A stretch of 62,536 nt of DNA from a virus: UHGV virus genome UHGV-0020642; one strand, 5' to 3'. The notes beneath the pieces are model-generated. The model was not told the origin of the DNA, made no database searches, and worked only from the letters and a program-made list of their open reading frames with translations. The translations under genes and the position numbers were made by a program. Below are positions 10,635 through 20,729 of the stretch, in pieces (position 1 is the first letter of the stretch; each line of letters starts with the position of its first letter).

Positions 10635-10676
10635 GCAATTCTCCTTTCTTTTCGTTGCATTTTAACGTCTACTTAA

Positions 10677-10692
10677 TTATTGTATAACAAAA
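10677..10692 (-). promoter_or_regulatory. conserved promoter-like motif TTATTGTATAACAAAA (minus-strand TTTTGTTATACAATAA)
   Basis: One of at least five intergenic copies. About 40 nt upstream of the RBS and ATG at 10634. A TTCGTTG element sits between motif and RBS, as at the queC copy. Confidence 0.45.
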
Positions 10693-10743
10693 TAATGAAT
10701 TTACAATATGTACATGACACATTTTACAAATTTTTACAATATA

Positions 10744-11067
10744 TCAATCTTTTGGAAAAGTACCATATTGTTGGTGCCAGAGTACCTTATACTGTAACTT
10801 TTTCATATACAAAATTACATTAAAATAAGTTATAAACAAATCTATATCTCCAATAAAAGTATTATCGAAAAATTGTCTACACGCATCTTTTAAAGTTGTA
10901 GTTGATTTCTTCAAATAAAGTGCGTTTGCATGATTTTCAATCTCTGCTAACTTATTCAAAGTATATGTATAATTGAAGGATGTCCAAAATTTTCTACTAT
11001 ATATTGAGTCTTTTATAATTTGTATATCTTCAAGAATACTATTTTCTAAAGTATAGTTTAATGGCAT
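10744..11067 (-). CDS. hypothetical protein
   Basis: 107-aa ORF. Confidence 0.35.
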   Translation of the reverse strand: MPLNYTLENSILEDIQIIKDSIYSRKFWTSFNYTYTLNKLAEIENHANALYLKKSTTTLKDACRQFFDNTFIGDIDLFITYFNVILYMKKLQYKVLWHQQYGTFPKD

Positions 11068-11389
11068 TCATTACCCACCTTTCGTTTAACATTCCCTTCC
11101 TAGTTGGACCAATACAAAATTTTACACCTCCCTTCAAATATGCTTCTATATTTGGTGCATGATTACTATATCTAATTTTTAACATTTTATTATTCTTGAT
11201 GAGAGTTAAATATACAGAATTTGTATTTTGTGATAAATATAACATAACCGTAAACTTATCATCTAATAATTTCTCTATAAATAATACCCACTTAGGTTTT
11301 TCATTTTGGTAGAACCGTTGCAAATAAGGTTTATCAACTATTATGTTCTTGCCCTTTACTATTTCTAAACTTTGCAAATAAACCTCCAC
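11039..11389 (-). CDS. hypothetical protein
   Basis: 116-aa ORF. Confidence 0.35.
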   Translation of the reverse strand: MEVYLQSLEIVKGKNIIVDKPYLQRFYQNEKPKWVLFIEKLLDDKFTVMLYLSQNTNSVYLTLIKNNKMLKIRYSNHAPNIEAYLKGGVKFCIGPTRKGMLNERWVMNAIKLYFRK

Positions 11390-11503
11390 CTCGCATAGCT
11401 TGAAGATATTTCTTATAACAAGTTAAGCCAAATCCTCTTTCTATGCTTTCCTTACTTTTTAACAACCTACCACAATATCTACAGTATTTCGTTGAAACTT
11501 CCT

Positions 11504-12436
11504 TCATAAAATCTCCGATAATAAATAATTTAATGCTACACTAATATCTAATCCTCCTGTTTTTAGTTTAACTTCTGTTTCTTGTAAAAACAAGAGTATT
11601 TTTTCACATTCTTCAGTATTATAATATTTTTCAGTTTCAATTGCACATTTAACCTGCCAACCAGTTAAACCTGTTCTAGCACAAACACCCTGTCCACCAC
11701 CATCATTTTTAAGTAGCACAAGGTTCTTAAATGATGCCCTTAATAAACCTATTAAATATAATTCACAAGATTTTGACTTGGCATAACTTAAATCTTTATA
11801 GCAAGCATATATATTTCTAGTCAATATACTGTTCGCATAATTTAACACATCAAATTCTTGCTCTTTAAATATACCATTATCCTTTTCTAATTTTGCAATA
11901 CTGTCATCTTCTGTACATTTGCATTTTAAAGACAATGTTCTTATTTTATCAAGTTCATTCATATATCTTAAATAAGAATTACCACACCAGTCGCATAATT
12001 TATCTAGATTCTCTTTAGACAAGTTTGGACATTTTCTTTTTCCGTACTGCATAAGCATTTCTTTAGATAATTTTTCAAACTTAACCATATTATCCTCAAA
12101 ATACTTATAAAATCTTAATTTTTTATCCAAATTAGGTTCTATTAAAATAATGTAATTTCCTACAATTTTATTCTTGAGAAAATCCCATAACTTTTCATCA
12201 GTTTTAATACCTTTATCCTGCCTAACTAAATACAAATATTTTACCTTAACTAATGATTTTAAATTTAAAGATTTACTTACTTCCTGTATTGAATCAACCC
12301 ATTTAATTGCTAGATTTAATTTCTTTGCAATCTGTTTTATATAAATATCCATTATGCCTTCTTCAACACCTGTAAATATATAAAAATTATCAATATTGCC
12401 TGCTACAATATTATTTTTTAATTCACTTATTAACAT
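11504..12436 (-). CDS. clamp-loader delta-like subunit (HolA-like), putative
   Basis: N-terminal FYIFTGVEEGIMDIY resembles the HolA N-terminus; adjacent to the other two clamp-loader genes. Confidence 0.4.
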   Translation of the reverse strand: MLISELKNNIVAGNIDNFYIFTGVEEGIMDIYIKQIAKKLNLAIKWVDSIQEVSKSLNLKSLVKVKYLYLVRQDKGIKTDEKLWDFLKNKIVGNYIILIEPNLDKKLRFYKYFEDNMVKFEKLSKEMLMQYGKRKCPNLSKENLDKLCDWCGNSYLRYMNELDKIRTLSLKCKCTEDDSIAKLEKDNGIFKEQEFDVLNYANSILTRNIYACYKDLSYAKSKSCELYLIGLLRASFKNLVLLKNDGGGQGVCARTGLTGWQVKCAIETEKYYNTEECEKILLFLQETEVKLKTGGLDISVALNYLLSEIL

Positions 12437-13248
12437 AATTCATCAATACCTTTCATAATGTCAAGAATCCACTTATACATTATAGCCTGCTTACTAAATG
12501 TATCATTTCTTAAAAAAGATAATGCTGTATGCGTATTATTAACTATTACACCACCAAACTCTACAACACCTTCTCTTTTAATATACTCATTTAAAAGTAT
12601 TGTCAAGAAAAATACTGGCTCAATTCCTTCATCAGTATCTTTAAAAGCTAAACTATTTAAAATCTTAAAAGCATTGACTTTACTAACTTCACCAATATAA
12701 TCTAATACCTTACAAGCTAATTCATGAGCTTGTTTAAATTTTCCTGTTTTAACATAGTATTCAAAATCTGCTAAAGAATTACAACTTGACATCAATACCT
12801 CTGCATTTTCTGGAATTTCTATATTATTTAATTCACAATACTCTTTATAATTTTCAAAAGAATAGGGCTCTAGCTCAAAAACCTGAGCCCTAGAATTAAG
12901 TGTCGCCAAAGGTGTTCCTACGCAATGAAGAACTACATAGGCATATTTCGGCGTCTCCTCCGTAACCTTTAGCAAGCTATTACTCGCTTCAGGTCTCATC
13001 TTGTCTAAATCCTCACACCAATAAATACAAGGCTCCTTGATGTTATAGATTGTTGAAATTACTTGTCTAACTTGTTCTGCAGACTTGTCAAATTCACATT
13101 TTATACAATTTAATTTTTCTGCTATCATTTGCGTCAACAAAGTTCTACCAGAACGTCTGCCACCTTTAAGTATTATGAAATGTGGACAATTTTCTAAAGT
13201 TAATTGACTTATCCATTCTTTAATTTTTTCTTGACCTACTAATTGCAT
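12430..13248 (-). CDS. clamp-loader delta'-like AAA+ subunit, putative
   Basis: Degenerate P-loop ILKGGRRSGRT; directly downstream of the gamma/tau homologue. Confidence 0.45.
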   Translation of the reverse strand: MQLVGQEKIKEWISQLTLENCPHFIILKGGRRSGRTLLTQMIAEKLNCIKCEFDKSAEQVRQVISTIYNIKEPCIYWCEDLDKMRPEASNSLLKVTEETPKYAYVVLHCVGTPLATLNSRAQVFELEPYSFENYKEYCELNNIEIPENAEVLMSSCNSLADFEYYVKTGKFKQAHELACKVLDYIGEVSKVNAFKILNSLAFKDTDEGIEPVFFLTILLNEYIKREGVVEFGGVIVNNTHTALSFLRNDTFSKQAIMYKWILDIMKGIDELC

Positions 13249-14321
13249 AATACCACCATCGTACTTTCTACTAATAGTTTAGGATTAGTTTCAAATCTTA
13301 ATTTTGCGTCTAACTCAACTAAATCTTTTAATAGTTGTTTAGGTGCTGATGTGCAATTATCAGTTATGAAATTTAATTTATCTTCAAATTCTTCTGGAAT
13401 ACTTACATACTTAAAGTTTCTTAAATTGCTATAAGTACACAAATCAAGAACGAATGCTAATAACTGTTTAATGAGGAATTTCATCTCCACTCCAGACATA
13501 TACACATCCTCTAATTGTGTTATTAATTCCGCAACATCTTTATTCTTTAAAGCTAAAACAATATTATATAAGATGTCATAATCAATAAAACCTAATGCTT
13601 GAATAACTGTCTCAATATCAATCTCAGGTGCGTAATCTATACATTTTTCCAATAATGAAATAGCATCACGCATTCCTCCATTGGCCATTCTTGCTATAAA
13701 TTCTACTGCTTCTTTTTTGTATGTTTTAATATTTTCTTTTTCCAAAATATATTCTAACCTACTAATAATTGTGGGTAGTGTAATTCTTTGGAAATCAAAT
13801 CTTTGAACTCTACTCAAAATAGTTGCTGGAACTTTTTGGGGGTCTGTTGTACAAAATATAAATATAGTATTTTTAGGCGGTTCTTCTAATATCTTTAACA
13901 TAGCATTCCACCCCTCTGTTGTAATCATATGACATTCGTCTATGATAAATATTTTATACTGACTGTCTAAACTTTGAAATCCTGCCTCATCCATAATAAG
14001 TCTAATTTTATCAACACCATTATTTCTGGCCGCGTCTTTTTCAATGGGCGAACCCTTACCTTTATTAAGTGCATTTGCTAAAATACGGGCTGATGTTGTT
14101 TTTCCACAACCTGCAGGTCCTGTAAACAAATAAGCATTTTTTGGGCAATCATTTTCAACTTGATATTCTAAAATATTTACAATTGATTTCTGTTCGCAAA
14201 GGTCAGAAAATTCTTTAGGTCTATAATCTGTTGCAAGTGTCATTTTTGTTTCTCCTTCAATATTATTGCTACAATTAAAGATATTATAATTCCGGGTGAC
14301 ATAAATATTATGAGCATCCAA
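13239..14321 (-). CDS. DNA polymerase III gamma/tau-like clamp-loader ATPase
   Basis: GPAGCGKTT Walker A, IIDECHMIT, LKILEEPP, FIFCTTDPQKVPATILSRVQRF and GGMRDAISLLEK together are the DnaX/RFC signature. The start is a TTG. Confidence 0.85.
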   Translation of the reverse strand: MDAHNIYVTRNYNIFNCSNNIEGETKMTLATDYRPKEFSDLCEQKSIVNILEYQVENDCPKNAYLFTGPAGCGKTTSARILANALNKGKGSPIEKDAARNNGVDKIRLIMDEAGFQSLDSQYKIFIIDECHMITTEGWNAMLKILEEPPKNTIFIFCTTDPQKVPATILSRVQRFDFQRITLPTIISRLEYILEKENIKTYKKEAVEFIARMANGGMRDAISLLEKCIDYAPEIDIETVIQALGFIDYDILYNIVLALKNKDVAELITQLEDVYMSGVEMKFLIKQLLAFVLDLCTYSNLRNFKYVSIPEEFEDKLNFITDNCTSAPKQLLKDLVELDAKLRFETNPKLLVESTMVVLCN

Positions 14322-14431
14322 TCAATAAAATCTGGCTGTTCCTTTTGTACTATAAAAGATAATAATACTAATATCATACAAAAAAGGTGAATAGACAAAT
14401 ATGAGTGAATAGCCATTGAAAAATAGTCCAT
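14240..14431 (-). CDS. hypothetical small membrane protein
   Basis: 63 aa with two transmembrane-like segments. Confidence 0.25.
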   Translation of the reverse strand: MDYFSMAIHSYLSIHLFCMILVLLSFIVQKEQPDFIDWMLIIFMSPGIIISLIVAIILKEKQK

Positions 14432-14751
14432 TAATCCTCTCCTATTAAAGCATCTACAGCCGGTTTTACTTTTTCGTGCATTTTACGTCTTAATTCAGGA
14501 CTCTGTATATACAACAGAGCCGCCGATTTCATTTGTGTTTTGACTGCACCTAATACTATATCATCTAAATTTTCTGCAATTACTTGATTTACCGCATCTT
14601 CTAATTTTTCTCTTACTAAATTCTCTATCTTTTGAACAATATCATCATTTAACTGTACACTAACATTCATAATATTTCTCCTTGTATGCTTGTAATAACT
14701 CTTTAAAATGTCTTTCAGGTATAGCAAAATAATTAGGCTTATTTGGACCAA
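14431..14751 (-). CDS. hypothetical protein
   Basis: 106-aa ORF; its 5' end overlaps the next gene, so the true start is probably internal. Confidence 0.3.
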   Translation of the reverse strand: MVQISLIILLYLKDILKSYYKHTRRNIMNVSVQLNDDIVQKIENLVREKLEDAVNQVIAENLDDIVLGAVKTQMKSAALLYIQSPELRRKMHEKVKPAVDALIGED

Positions 14752-14998
14752 AATTAAATGCTATACAAGACATTTCTTTATTCATGGCAAAAGCTTCATA
14801 TTTTATTTTATCAAACCATTTTTCTTGAATACTAACACTCTTTTTATCTGTTGTTACAGTCTTAGCATCTATAAGCATAAAATCTGTGGCCACATCACCA
14901 GCTACAAAATTGGCCGCCCCACTATTTGGTTGAACTTTACCTTTTAAAGATTTTGCTATTTGTTTTTCCTGTAAACTTGAAAATTTTCGAGTATTCAT
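14660..14998 (-). CDS. Hjc-like Holliday-junction resolvase (PD-(D/E)XK), putative
   Basis: GAANFVAGDVATDFMLIDAKT resembles the archaeal/phage Hjc core (G...D...E/D.K). Confidence 0.4.
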   Translation of the reverse strand: MNTRKFSSLQEKQIAKSLKGKVQPNSGAANFVAGDVATDFMLIDAKTVTTDKKSVSIQEKWFDKIKYEAFAMNKEMSCIAFNFGPNKPNYFAIPERHFKELLQAYKEKYYEC

Positions 14999-15570
14999 TA
15001 AAACTCCATATCAATATATTTTCTACTAGCTAAATAATCACATAAGTGAATAAATTTTTCGTAACTTGTTTCAGGTTTTTCCATAATTACCTGTTTTGTT
15101 TTAAAATCTGTATTCCATTGTCCCATATGTGTTGCGATACCTGAAGCTAATCTCTCATAAATTAAATTAGTTTCTTTATCTCTAGCTTCTCTTTCCGCCG
15201 ATTTAAGAATAAAATTGGACATTAATACAGGATGGTCTGCTCTTGTGTATCTCTCTTCAGTTTCACCATGCTTTAAACCATCATGTAACAATAAAGCACC
15301 TAAAATTAAATCTCCTGCTCTTTCATTTAATTCCTGAAACATTTCTAACTGCAATAAATCTAATGCTATACGAATGGCTCCTTTTGTATGTCTAACTAAA
15401 CCACCTTCGCCTAAACTCATTTTAGGGTGATATTTTCCTGTGCTACTTGCCGCCACTTTGAAGAAATAATCAGGCAAGTTACTTAATATATCTATAACTA
15501 CTGATTTAACAGGTTCTTTAATATGTTCTAATTCCTGTTCAAATATTTTAATTTTTTCTTCTGCTAACAT
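14998..15570 (-). CDS. HD-domain phosphohydrolase
   Basis: STGKYHP ... LLHDGLKHGE gives the H...HD...H metal-binding pattern. Confidence 0.55.
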   Translation of the reverse strand: MLAEEKIKIFEQELEHIKEPVKSVVIDILSNLPDYFFKVAASSTGKYHPKMSLGEGGLVRHTKGAIRIALDLLQLEMFQELNERAGDLILGALLLHDGLKHGETEERYTRADHPVLMSNFILKSAEREARDKETNLIYERLASGIATHMGQWNTDFKTKQVIMEKPETSYEKFIHLCDYLASRKYIDMEF

Positions 15571-15776
15571 TTTTCCTCCTTAACTTCAACTGTACCTACA
15601 TATTTGCAACCTAAAACAGATATTTGACGGTTACAAATCATTTGAACTCTTAAATCAACTCTCTGGCGTAATGACTTATCTGACTCTTTGAATATAAACC
15701 ACTTACTGCGTCTTTTTAGTCCTAATTTTAAAGCTATTGCATCTAATTCTTTGCCACTAGCTAATTCTATATTCAT
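15564..15776 (-). CDS. hypothetical protein
   Basis: 70-aa ORF. Confidence 0.3.
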   Translation of the reverse strand: MNIELASGKELDAIALKLGLKRRSKWFIFKESDKSLRQRVDLRVQMICNRQISVLGCKYVGTVEVKEEKC

Positions 15777-15979
15777 TATGCCTCCTGTTCTTGTACTATA
15801 TTAACAAACTGTGAAATTGTTTCCATACATTGGCCATGACTTTCACAACACCTATTAAACTTAAATAGTAAAGTTTCTATTTGAGGTTCTCTATGTGCTT
15901 TCATTAGCTCATGTATAGCTTCACCTAAAGTAATATAAATATTTTGATAATAATCGTGAATAACTATTACTGGTTTCAT
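15776..15979 (-). CDS. hypothetical protein
   Basis: 67 aa; ATG preceded by a GAAGAGG RBS and a variant of the promoter-like motif. Confidence 0.3.
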   Translation of the reverse strand: MKPVIVIHDYYQNIYITLGEAIHELMKAHREPQIETLLFKFNRCCESHGQCMETISQFVNIVQEQEA

Positions 15980-16002
15980 TTTTACCTCTTCTTCGTTGCA
16001 TA

Positions 16003-16020
16003 ACTATTATATAACAAATA
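16003..16020 (-). promoter_or_regulatory. variant of the conserved promoter-like motif (TTATATAACAAATA) with upstream TTCGTTG
   Basis: Minus strand reads TTTGTTATATAATAGTTATGCAACGAAGAAGAGG..ATG, the same architecture as the queC and 10677 copies. Confidence 0.35.
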
Positions 16021-16045
16021 CAATGATAATAAAAGCATTTGTTAA

Positions 16046-17200
16046 TTACACTACACATTCTGTCAAATAGTTGTATATCATTTCTTCGCTTTCTATAAAT
16101 TCGTGTAATGTGTTTTTACCTTGAAATGATAATTCCTTCCCCTCTTCATCAGTTAATGTAGACTCAAAAGAATTTTCACTATCCATAATGTTATAATAAG
16201 CACCACGCCTTAATATAACACCTTTTAAGATACATACATCAATTAAATCTTGAATACGGTCAACACCAATTTCATAATTTAAAGTATAAAAACCTTCTTT
16301 TCTATTTGGTGCGAACTTTTTAGTCTTTTCAATATGTACCTTAACTATATTACCAGCGGGTTCTTCACAACCACTAGCCAATTCTGCATTTTTCTCATCT
16401 AAATACTTACCTTTTGAGAACATTATACGCAAGGCACAATGGTGTTTAAATGTTTTTCCTCCGGGTGTTTTAAATTGCACGTACTGAGAATCAATAACTT
16501 CTCTTACTTGGTTAATCATTATAACAGCCATTTTATATTTGGCCGCAAATCTTGTCATTTTCTTAGAAAATCTAGTTAATGCACCTGCGATACCACAATA
16601 TACTTTTTCATTTAATGTTTTTTCTACTTCTTGCTCACTGTATAATGCTCCAATACTATCCAATATTAGAAAACCTACTTCACCAGTCTCGGACATATCC
16701 AAAGCTATTTGTAATATATCTTCACCTGATTGATTTTCTGGTGTTAATATATACAAACTTTCAACATCTACACCTAACTTTTCAGCCCATTCTGGGTCAA
16801 AGGAAGTTTCAGCATCTAAAAACAAACACTTTTGAGGCCCTCTTTCTTTTAAATACGCATACCTCTTTTTCTGTTCTGCATTTGGATTTTTAATAGCTTC
16901 CAATTCTTCAATTTCTTGTTCATACTCTTGTTTAAATAATTTTTGAGCATTACCTAATAAATCTAATGCTGTTGTGGTTTTTCCTCCATTACCATCACCA
17001 TAAAATTCAGCCATGTAACCTCTAGGAAATCCACCATAAGTCATGTGATTCAATCTACAACTTGTAAATGGTATTCTAGGAATATCTTCATAAGTGCAAC
17101 CTTTACGCAATAATTCCGCACCCATTTTCTTATTCAAATTTGCACAAATAACATCTAATTGTCCCATATTAGTCCTTTCTAAATCTACCAGAATCAACAT
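16046..17200 (-). CDS. RecA-family recombinase (Sak4/RadA-like ATPase)
   Basis: FYGDGNGGKTTTALDL is a Walker A in RecA-like context; 384 aa. Confidence 0.55.
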   Translation of the reverse strand: MLILVDLERTNMGQLDVICANLNKKMGAELLRKGCTYEDIPRIPFTSCRLNHMTYGGFPRGYMAEFYGDGNGGKTTTALDLLGNAQKLFKQEYEQEIEELEAIKNPNAEQKKRYAYLKERGPQKCLFLDAETSFDPEWAEKLGVDVESLYILTPENQSGEDILQIALDMSETGEVGFLILDSIGALYSEQEVEKTLNEKVYCGIAGALTRFSKKMTRFAAKYKMAVIMINQVREVIDSQYVQFKTPGGKTFKHHCALRIMFSKGKYLDEKNAELASGCEEPAGNIVKVHIEKTKKFAPNRKEGFYTLNYEIGVDRIQDLIDVCILKGVILRRGAYYNIMDSENSFESTLTDEEGKELSFQGKNTLHEFIESEEMIYNYLTECVV

Positions 17201-17783
17201 TTGCTAAATCTTGTTCGCCCATTCTACGTGAAATAACTTTCTTTATTGAAGATAACAATTCGTAGGCCGCTTCAAGTTTTTGTTTAATACGTTTATAAGC
17301 TCTTTGGTATGCCCTATAAACAATATCTTCTTCTATTGTACCTGCTTCACTGGCCGCCTGTTTATCTGCTATCGTACCACGTGTTCTTTGATGTATTTGG
17401 TTATATAATTCCATTTTAACACTTTTAGAAATATCTTCTTTAATACCAAACTTTTCTTGAGCTTCACCCATAAAATACAAATAAGAGGGTAACTTTAAAC
17501 AAACATCATCAAGTTCCCATTCAGTTACTGGATTTTCTTTATCCATTAAACAATCTCTGAATTTACCAATAAGAATATCTAATTTATCGCAATATGGTTG
17601 AATTAACTCATCAACAATTTTTTCCACTTTCGCTGAATTATCCTCAACTCTTCCTATAATATTATGTATTAACTCGTCTTGCGAGATTTCGGTTTGTTGT
17701 GGTTCATCAGCTTGCTGTATAGTTTGGTCTACTGTTGTTTTTTCCACCTCTTCTTGTGGCGATGATTTTGTCTTATTTACCAT
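17169..17783 (-). CDS. hypothetical acidic protein
   Basis: 204 aa with an acidic N-terminus. Confidence 0.35.
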   Translation of the reverse strand: MVNKTKSSPQEEVEKTTVDQTIQQADEPQQTEISQDELIHNIIGRVEDNSAKVEKIVDELIQPYCDKLDILIGKFRDCLMDKENPVTEWELDDVCLKLPSYLYFMGEAQEKFGIKEDISKSVKMELYNQIHQRTRGTIADKQAASEAGTIEEDIVYRAYQRAYKRIKQKLEAAYELLSSIKKVISRRMGEQDLANVDSGRFRKD

Positions 17784-18282
17784 AATTCATGTACCTCTCT
17801 AAATTTTGCTTAAATACTTGCATATCATAGTCAAAAAATACTCTCTTTTTAACACCTGGTATTTCAAAACATTTATGATATCTACCTTTCTGAAATTCTT
17901 CAGATTTGAGTCTTAAATCTCTAATATGTAAAGATTTAAACATACCTTCATTTTTTATATGTTGTAAACAATCAGCACTTACAAAAAATGTTTTATCATG
18001 TTCTAAAAACCATACGATAATTCCTGCACCTGCTCCTTCAATTTTTTCCTTTTCTAATAAACCTGCCCATTGATTTTTGCTTATATTAGAAAATGGTAAT
18101 GTGTTACCCTTAGTTGATTTTAACTCAAAGTAGAAAATATTAGGATAAACATAAGTAATGAAGTCACATATATTTCTGCCACCCATATAACCAGCAGTAT
18201 TATCACAAACACGATTGACATCAAACCCGCTAGTAACCATTTGTTTTTTAAAAGTTTCTTCAAAATCTTTACCTCTATTCAT
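17773..18282 (-). CDS. RecU-like Holliday-junction resolvase, putative
   Basis: ICDFITY ... YFELKSTKG ... NQW resembles the RecU catalytic core (D...E.K). Confidence 0.4.
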   Translation of the reverse strand: MNRGKDFEETFKKQMVTSGFDVNRVCDNTAGYMGGRNICDFITYVYPNIFYFELKSTKGNTLPFSNISKNQWAGLLEKEKIEGAGAGIIVWFLEHDKTFFVSADCLQHIKNEGMFKSLHIRDLRLKSEEFQKGRYHKCFEIPGVKKRVFFDYDMQVFKQNLERYMNYGK

Positions 18283-19067
18283 TATTTCTCCTTCTTACAT
18301 AATTCTATATAAGGACAATAGGCACAAACTCTTTTATTATCAGTTTTAGGCGGTGTCAAACAATCTTTAACATAGCTTTCACATTTTTCAATTTTGTTTA
18401 TTACATTCTCTTCAATTTCATGTTGAGTAGGTTTATAAACATAAGATTTTTTCATAAAACTATCTCTATTCTCGTAAACAAACAAAACTTTATCAATGCC
18501 AAAGCACAAACTATAACAACAAGCCTGTGGCTTATGTTTGTCATCAACACCTATTCTTTTTGACCATTTAAAAGAGCCTTCTGTTTTAATTTCTAAAATA
18601 TAGTAAACACCTTTATATTTAATAATTCCATCACACAAGAAATTCATATTGTATTTACTATTATGGCACTTAAATTCAAATCCAGATTTCTTTACAACTT
18701 CTGTGCCCAAATCTAAACAATGCTCTTTAACATACTCTTCTACATCAACCCATTCACAATCAATTCCAAATTCTTTCATTTTTGATACGTGACTTTGTAG
18801 AAATTCATGTCTATGTGTACCTGTATCTGCCATACCAATTAAGCATTCATCAGCTGGCTCATTTGTAGGCTCTGCACCCATTATTTGATAATACATATTT
18901 CTTAAACAAATTAAAGACGACGGCTTATATGTTTGTGAAACTTGTCTTCTACTATCACATTTACAGATAACAGACACGAGGTCATTAAGAAATGCCTCGT
19001 GTGCCGGAATCTGCTCGCTAGCCGCCTTTATAAGATTATGTATGTTCTTTAAAGACTTGCTTACCAT
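18282..19067 (-). CDS. PD-(D/E)XK nuclease, Cas4/RecB-like with a C-terminal Cys cluster
   Basis: YYILEIKTEG (E.K) together with a C-terminal CAYCPYIELC, a possible Fe-S or zinc cluster. Confidence 0.5.
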   Translation of the reverse strand: MVSKSLKNIHNLIKAASEQIPAHEAFLNDLVSVICKCDSRRQVSQTYKPSSLICLRNMYYQIMGAEPTNEPADECLIGMADTGTHRHEFLQSHVSKMKEFGIDCEWVDVEEYVKEHCLDLGTEVVKKSGFEFKCHNSKYNMNFLCDGIIKYKGVYYILEIKTEGSFKWSKRIGVDDKHKPQACCYSLCFGIDKVLFVYENRDSFMKKSYVYKPTQHEIEENVINKIEKCESYVKDCLTPPKTDNKRVCAYCPYIELCKKEK

Positions 19068-19069
19068 TT

Positions 19070-20155
19070 TTAACCCTCATCTGCTAATACTGTCAACAAG
19101 TGATGACGTTTCTCTTTACCAAATTTCAAATAACCTTCATTACCATATTGTATATAGCACTTATCATCACATACGGAATTAATAAGGTCTTTAAATACAT
19201 CTAATTGAAGTTTTTCTTCAAAGTTTACAAATTTTTTGCTTTCTACATAAGGTAATAATTCGTTAATTGACTGTTCTTTGTTATAGAATTGAATGCCGTC
19301 TTTTGTAAACATTACACGAACACCTTCTTCTTTTGTCTTAACAAATAACAAAATACGGTCTAAAATACCAAGTAATTGAGCCTTATCAACTACACAAGAC
19401 GCAGGCTGTTCAGTTGAAAATAATTCGTTAATAGGTTCCAAAGTATTTTCTTCAAATTCTTCTTTGCCTTCATTACAATAACCTACAATAAGTGTTTTTG
19501 GTGTTTCAAAAGCAATACGGTCGCCTAATACATAAACATGAATGTCTTCATTTTCCATAGTTGCTACAAGATTTACCAAATCCGCTTTTAATAGCATTGG
19601 TTGTCCAAATACATTGATTTCGGACATTGAACCTGTTGTCATATTAGTTGTTAATACAGAATCACCAAAGTAATAAGACATTAAATAAGGAATTTCTGGT
19701 GTTTTGGCTAAACTTAATTTGTTGCCTTCTAATGCCCATACAATAGCAGACAATTTAATTTTTAGTTTCTGTGCCTTAGCTGTATCAAAAGTTAATTCAG
19801 GGTAATTATCTAATTCACCTTCATCGTCAACTGGCAATTCTAATTTATAATCACCATTACCTTTAATTTTTAAGTAATTGTCTTTCAATTCCATGGTAAC
19901 ATTTTCACAAGTTGTTTTTGAGATAAGTTGTGCGAATTTATCTGCTGTAACTGTAACTTTAAAATCATCACACATTACCTTATCTTCTATAACTTGTAAA
20001 TAATTTTCACCGTCCCAAGTTGTCATGCTCAATTCGTTGTTAGCACATTTAATACCAATCCAACAAGTTCTCATCATAGAATCATTGTTACCTACGCCTT
20101 TCATGGCTCTTGTAACTAAATTCTTCAACAGTTTGGTCTCTAATTTAACTTTCAT
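19070..20155 (-). CDS. DNA sliding clamp (DnaN/beta-like), putative
   Basis: 361 aa, the length of a beta clamp. The N-terminus MKVKLETKLLKNLVTRAMKGV resembles DnaN starts. It sits in the replication module with three clamp-loader genes. Confidence 0.45.
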   Translation of the reverse strand: MKVKLETKLLKNLVTRAMKGVGNNDSMMRTCWIGIKCANNELSMTTWDGENYLQVIEDKVMCDDFKVTVTADKFAQLISKTTCENVTMELKDNYLKIKGNGDYKLELPVDDEGELDNYPELTFDTAKAQKLKIKLSAIVWALEGNKLSLAKTPEIPYLMSYYFGDSVLTTNMTTGSMSEINVFGQPMLLKADLVNLVATMENEDIHVYVLGDRIAFETPKTLIVGYCNEGKEEFEENTLEPINELFSTEQPASCVVDKAQLLGILDRILLFVKTKEEGVRVMFTKDGIQFYNKEQSINELLPYVESKKFVNFEEKLQLDVFKDLINSVCDDKCYIQYGNEGYLKFGKEKRHHLLTVLADEG

Positions 20156-20165
20156 TTTCTCTCCT

Positions 20166-20729
20166 TTACTTTATACTGTTTAAAACTTCATTCTTAAGTG
20201 GCAAATCATATTCAAATCTACCTCTCAAGCAATTAGTTCTTGTTACTGTGTGTGGCTGTTTAATACCTCTAGCATTTACACAAGCATGACGGCCATCAAT
20301 TACAACCATTATATCTTCCATACCCAATTTCTGTAATACTTCGCAAATATCCATTCCAATTCTTTCTTGAACTTGAAGTCTTTTACTTACCATATCACAA
20401 ATTCTAGGGAATTTAGATAATCCTAATACTTTACCATCCTTAGGAATATAAGCAATATTTATATTGAGTTCCATCAATGCACAATGATGTTCACAATGTG
20501 AAAAACAATGAATACCATTCATAATTACAAGGTCTTTACTGCCAATTTCAAACTGTTTATCAAACATTTCAGCAATATCATCATTACTGTAATTAGCACC
20601 TTCAAAAAGCTCTTTAAAATAGCCTAACATTCTTTTTGGTGTTTCTTTAAGACCTGCTCTTTGTGGTTCTGGGTCAATTTCATTTAATATTGTTTTAAAA
20701 GCTTCTATAAGTTTTTCTTCATCAAACAT
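20166..20729 (-). CDS. folE: GTP cyclohydrolase I
   Basis: CEHHCALMELNI matches the FolE zinc site CEHH; 187 aa. Confidence 0.8.
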   Translation of the reverse strand: MFDEEKLIEAFKTILNEIDPEPQRAGLKETPKRMLGYFKELFEGANYSNDDIAEMFDKQFEIGSKDLVIMNGIHCFSHCEHHCALMELNINIAYIPKDGKVLGLSKFPRICDMVSKRLQVQERIGMDICEVLQKLGMEDIMVVIDGRHACVNARGIKQPHTVTRTNCLRGRFEYDLPLKNEVLNSIK

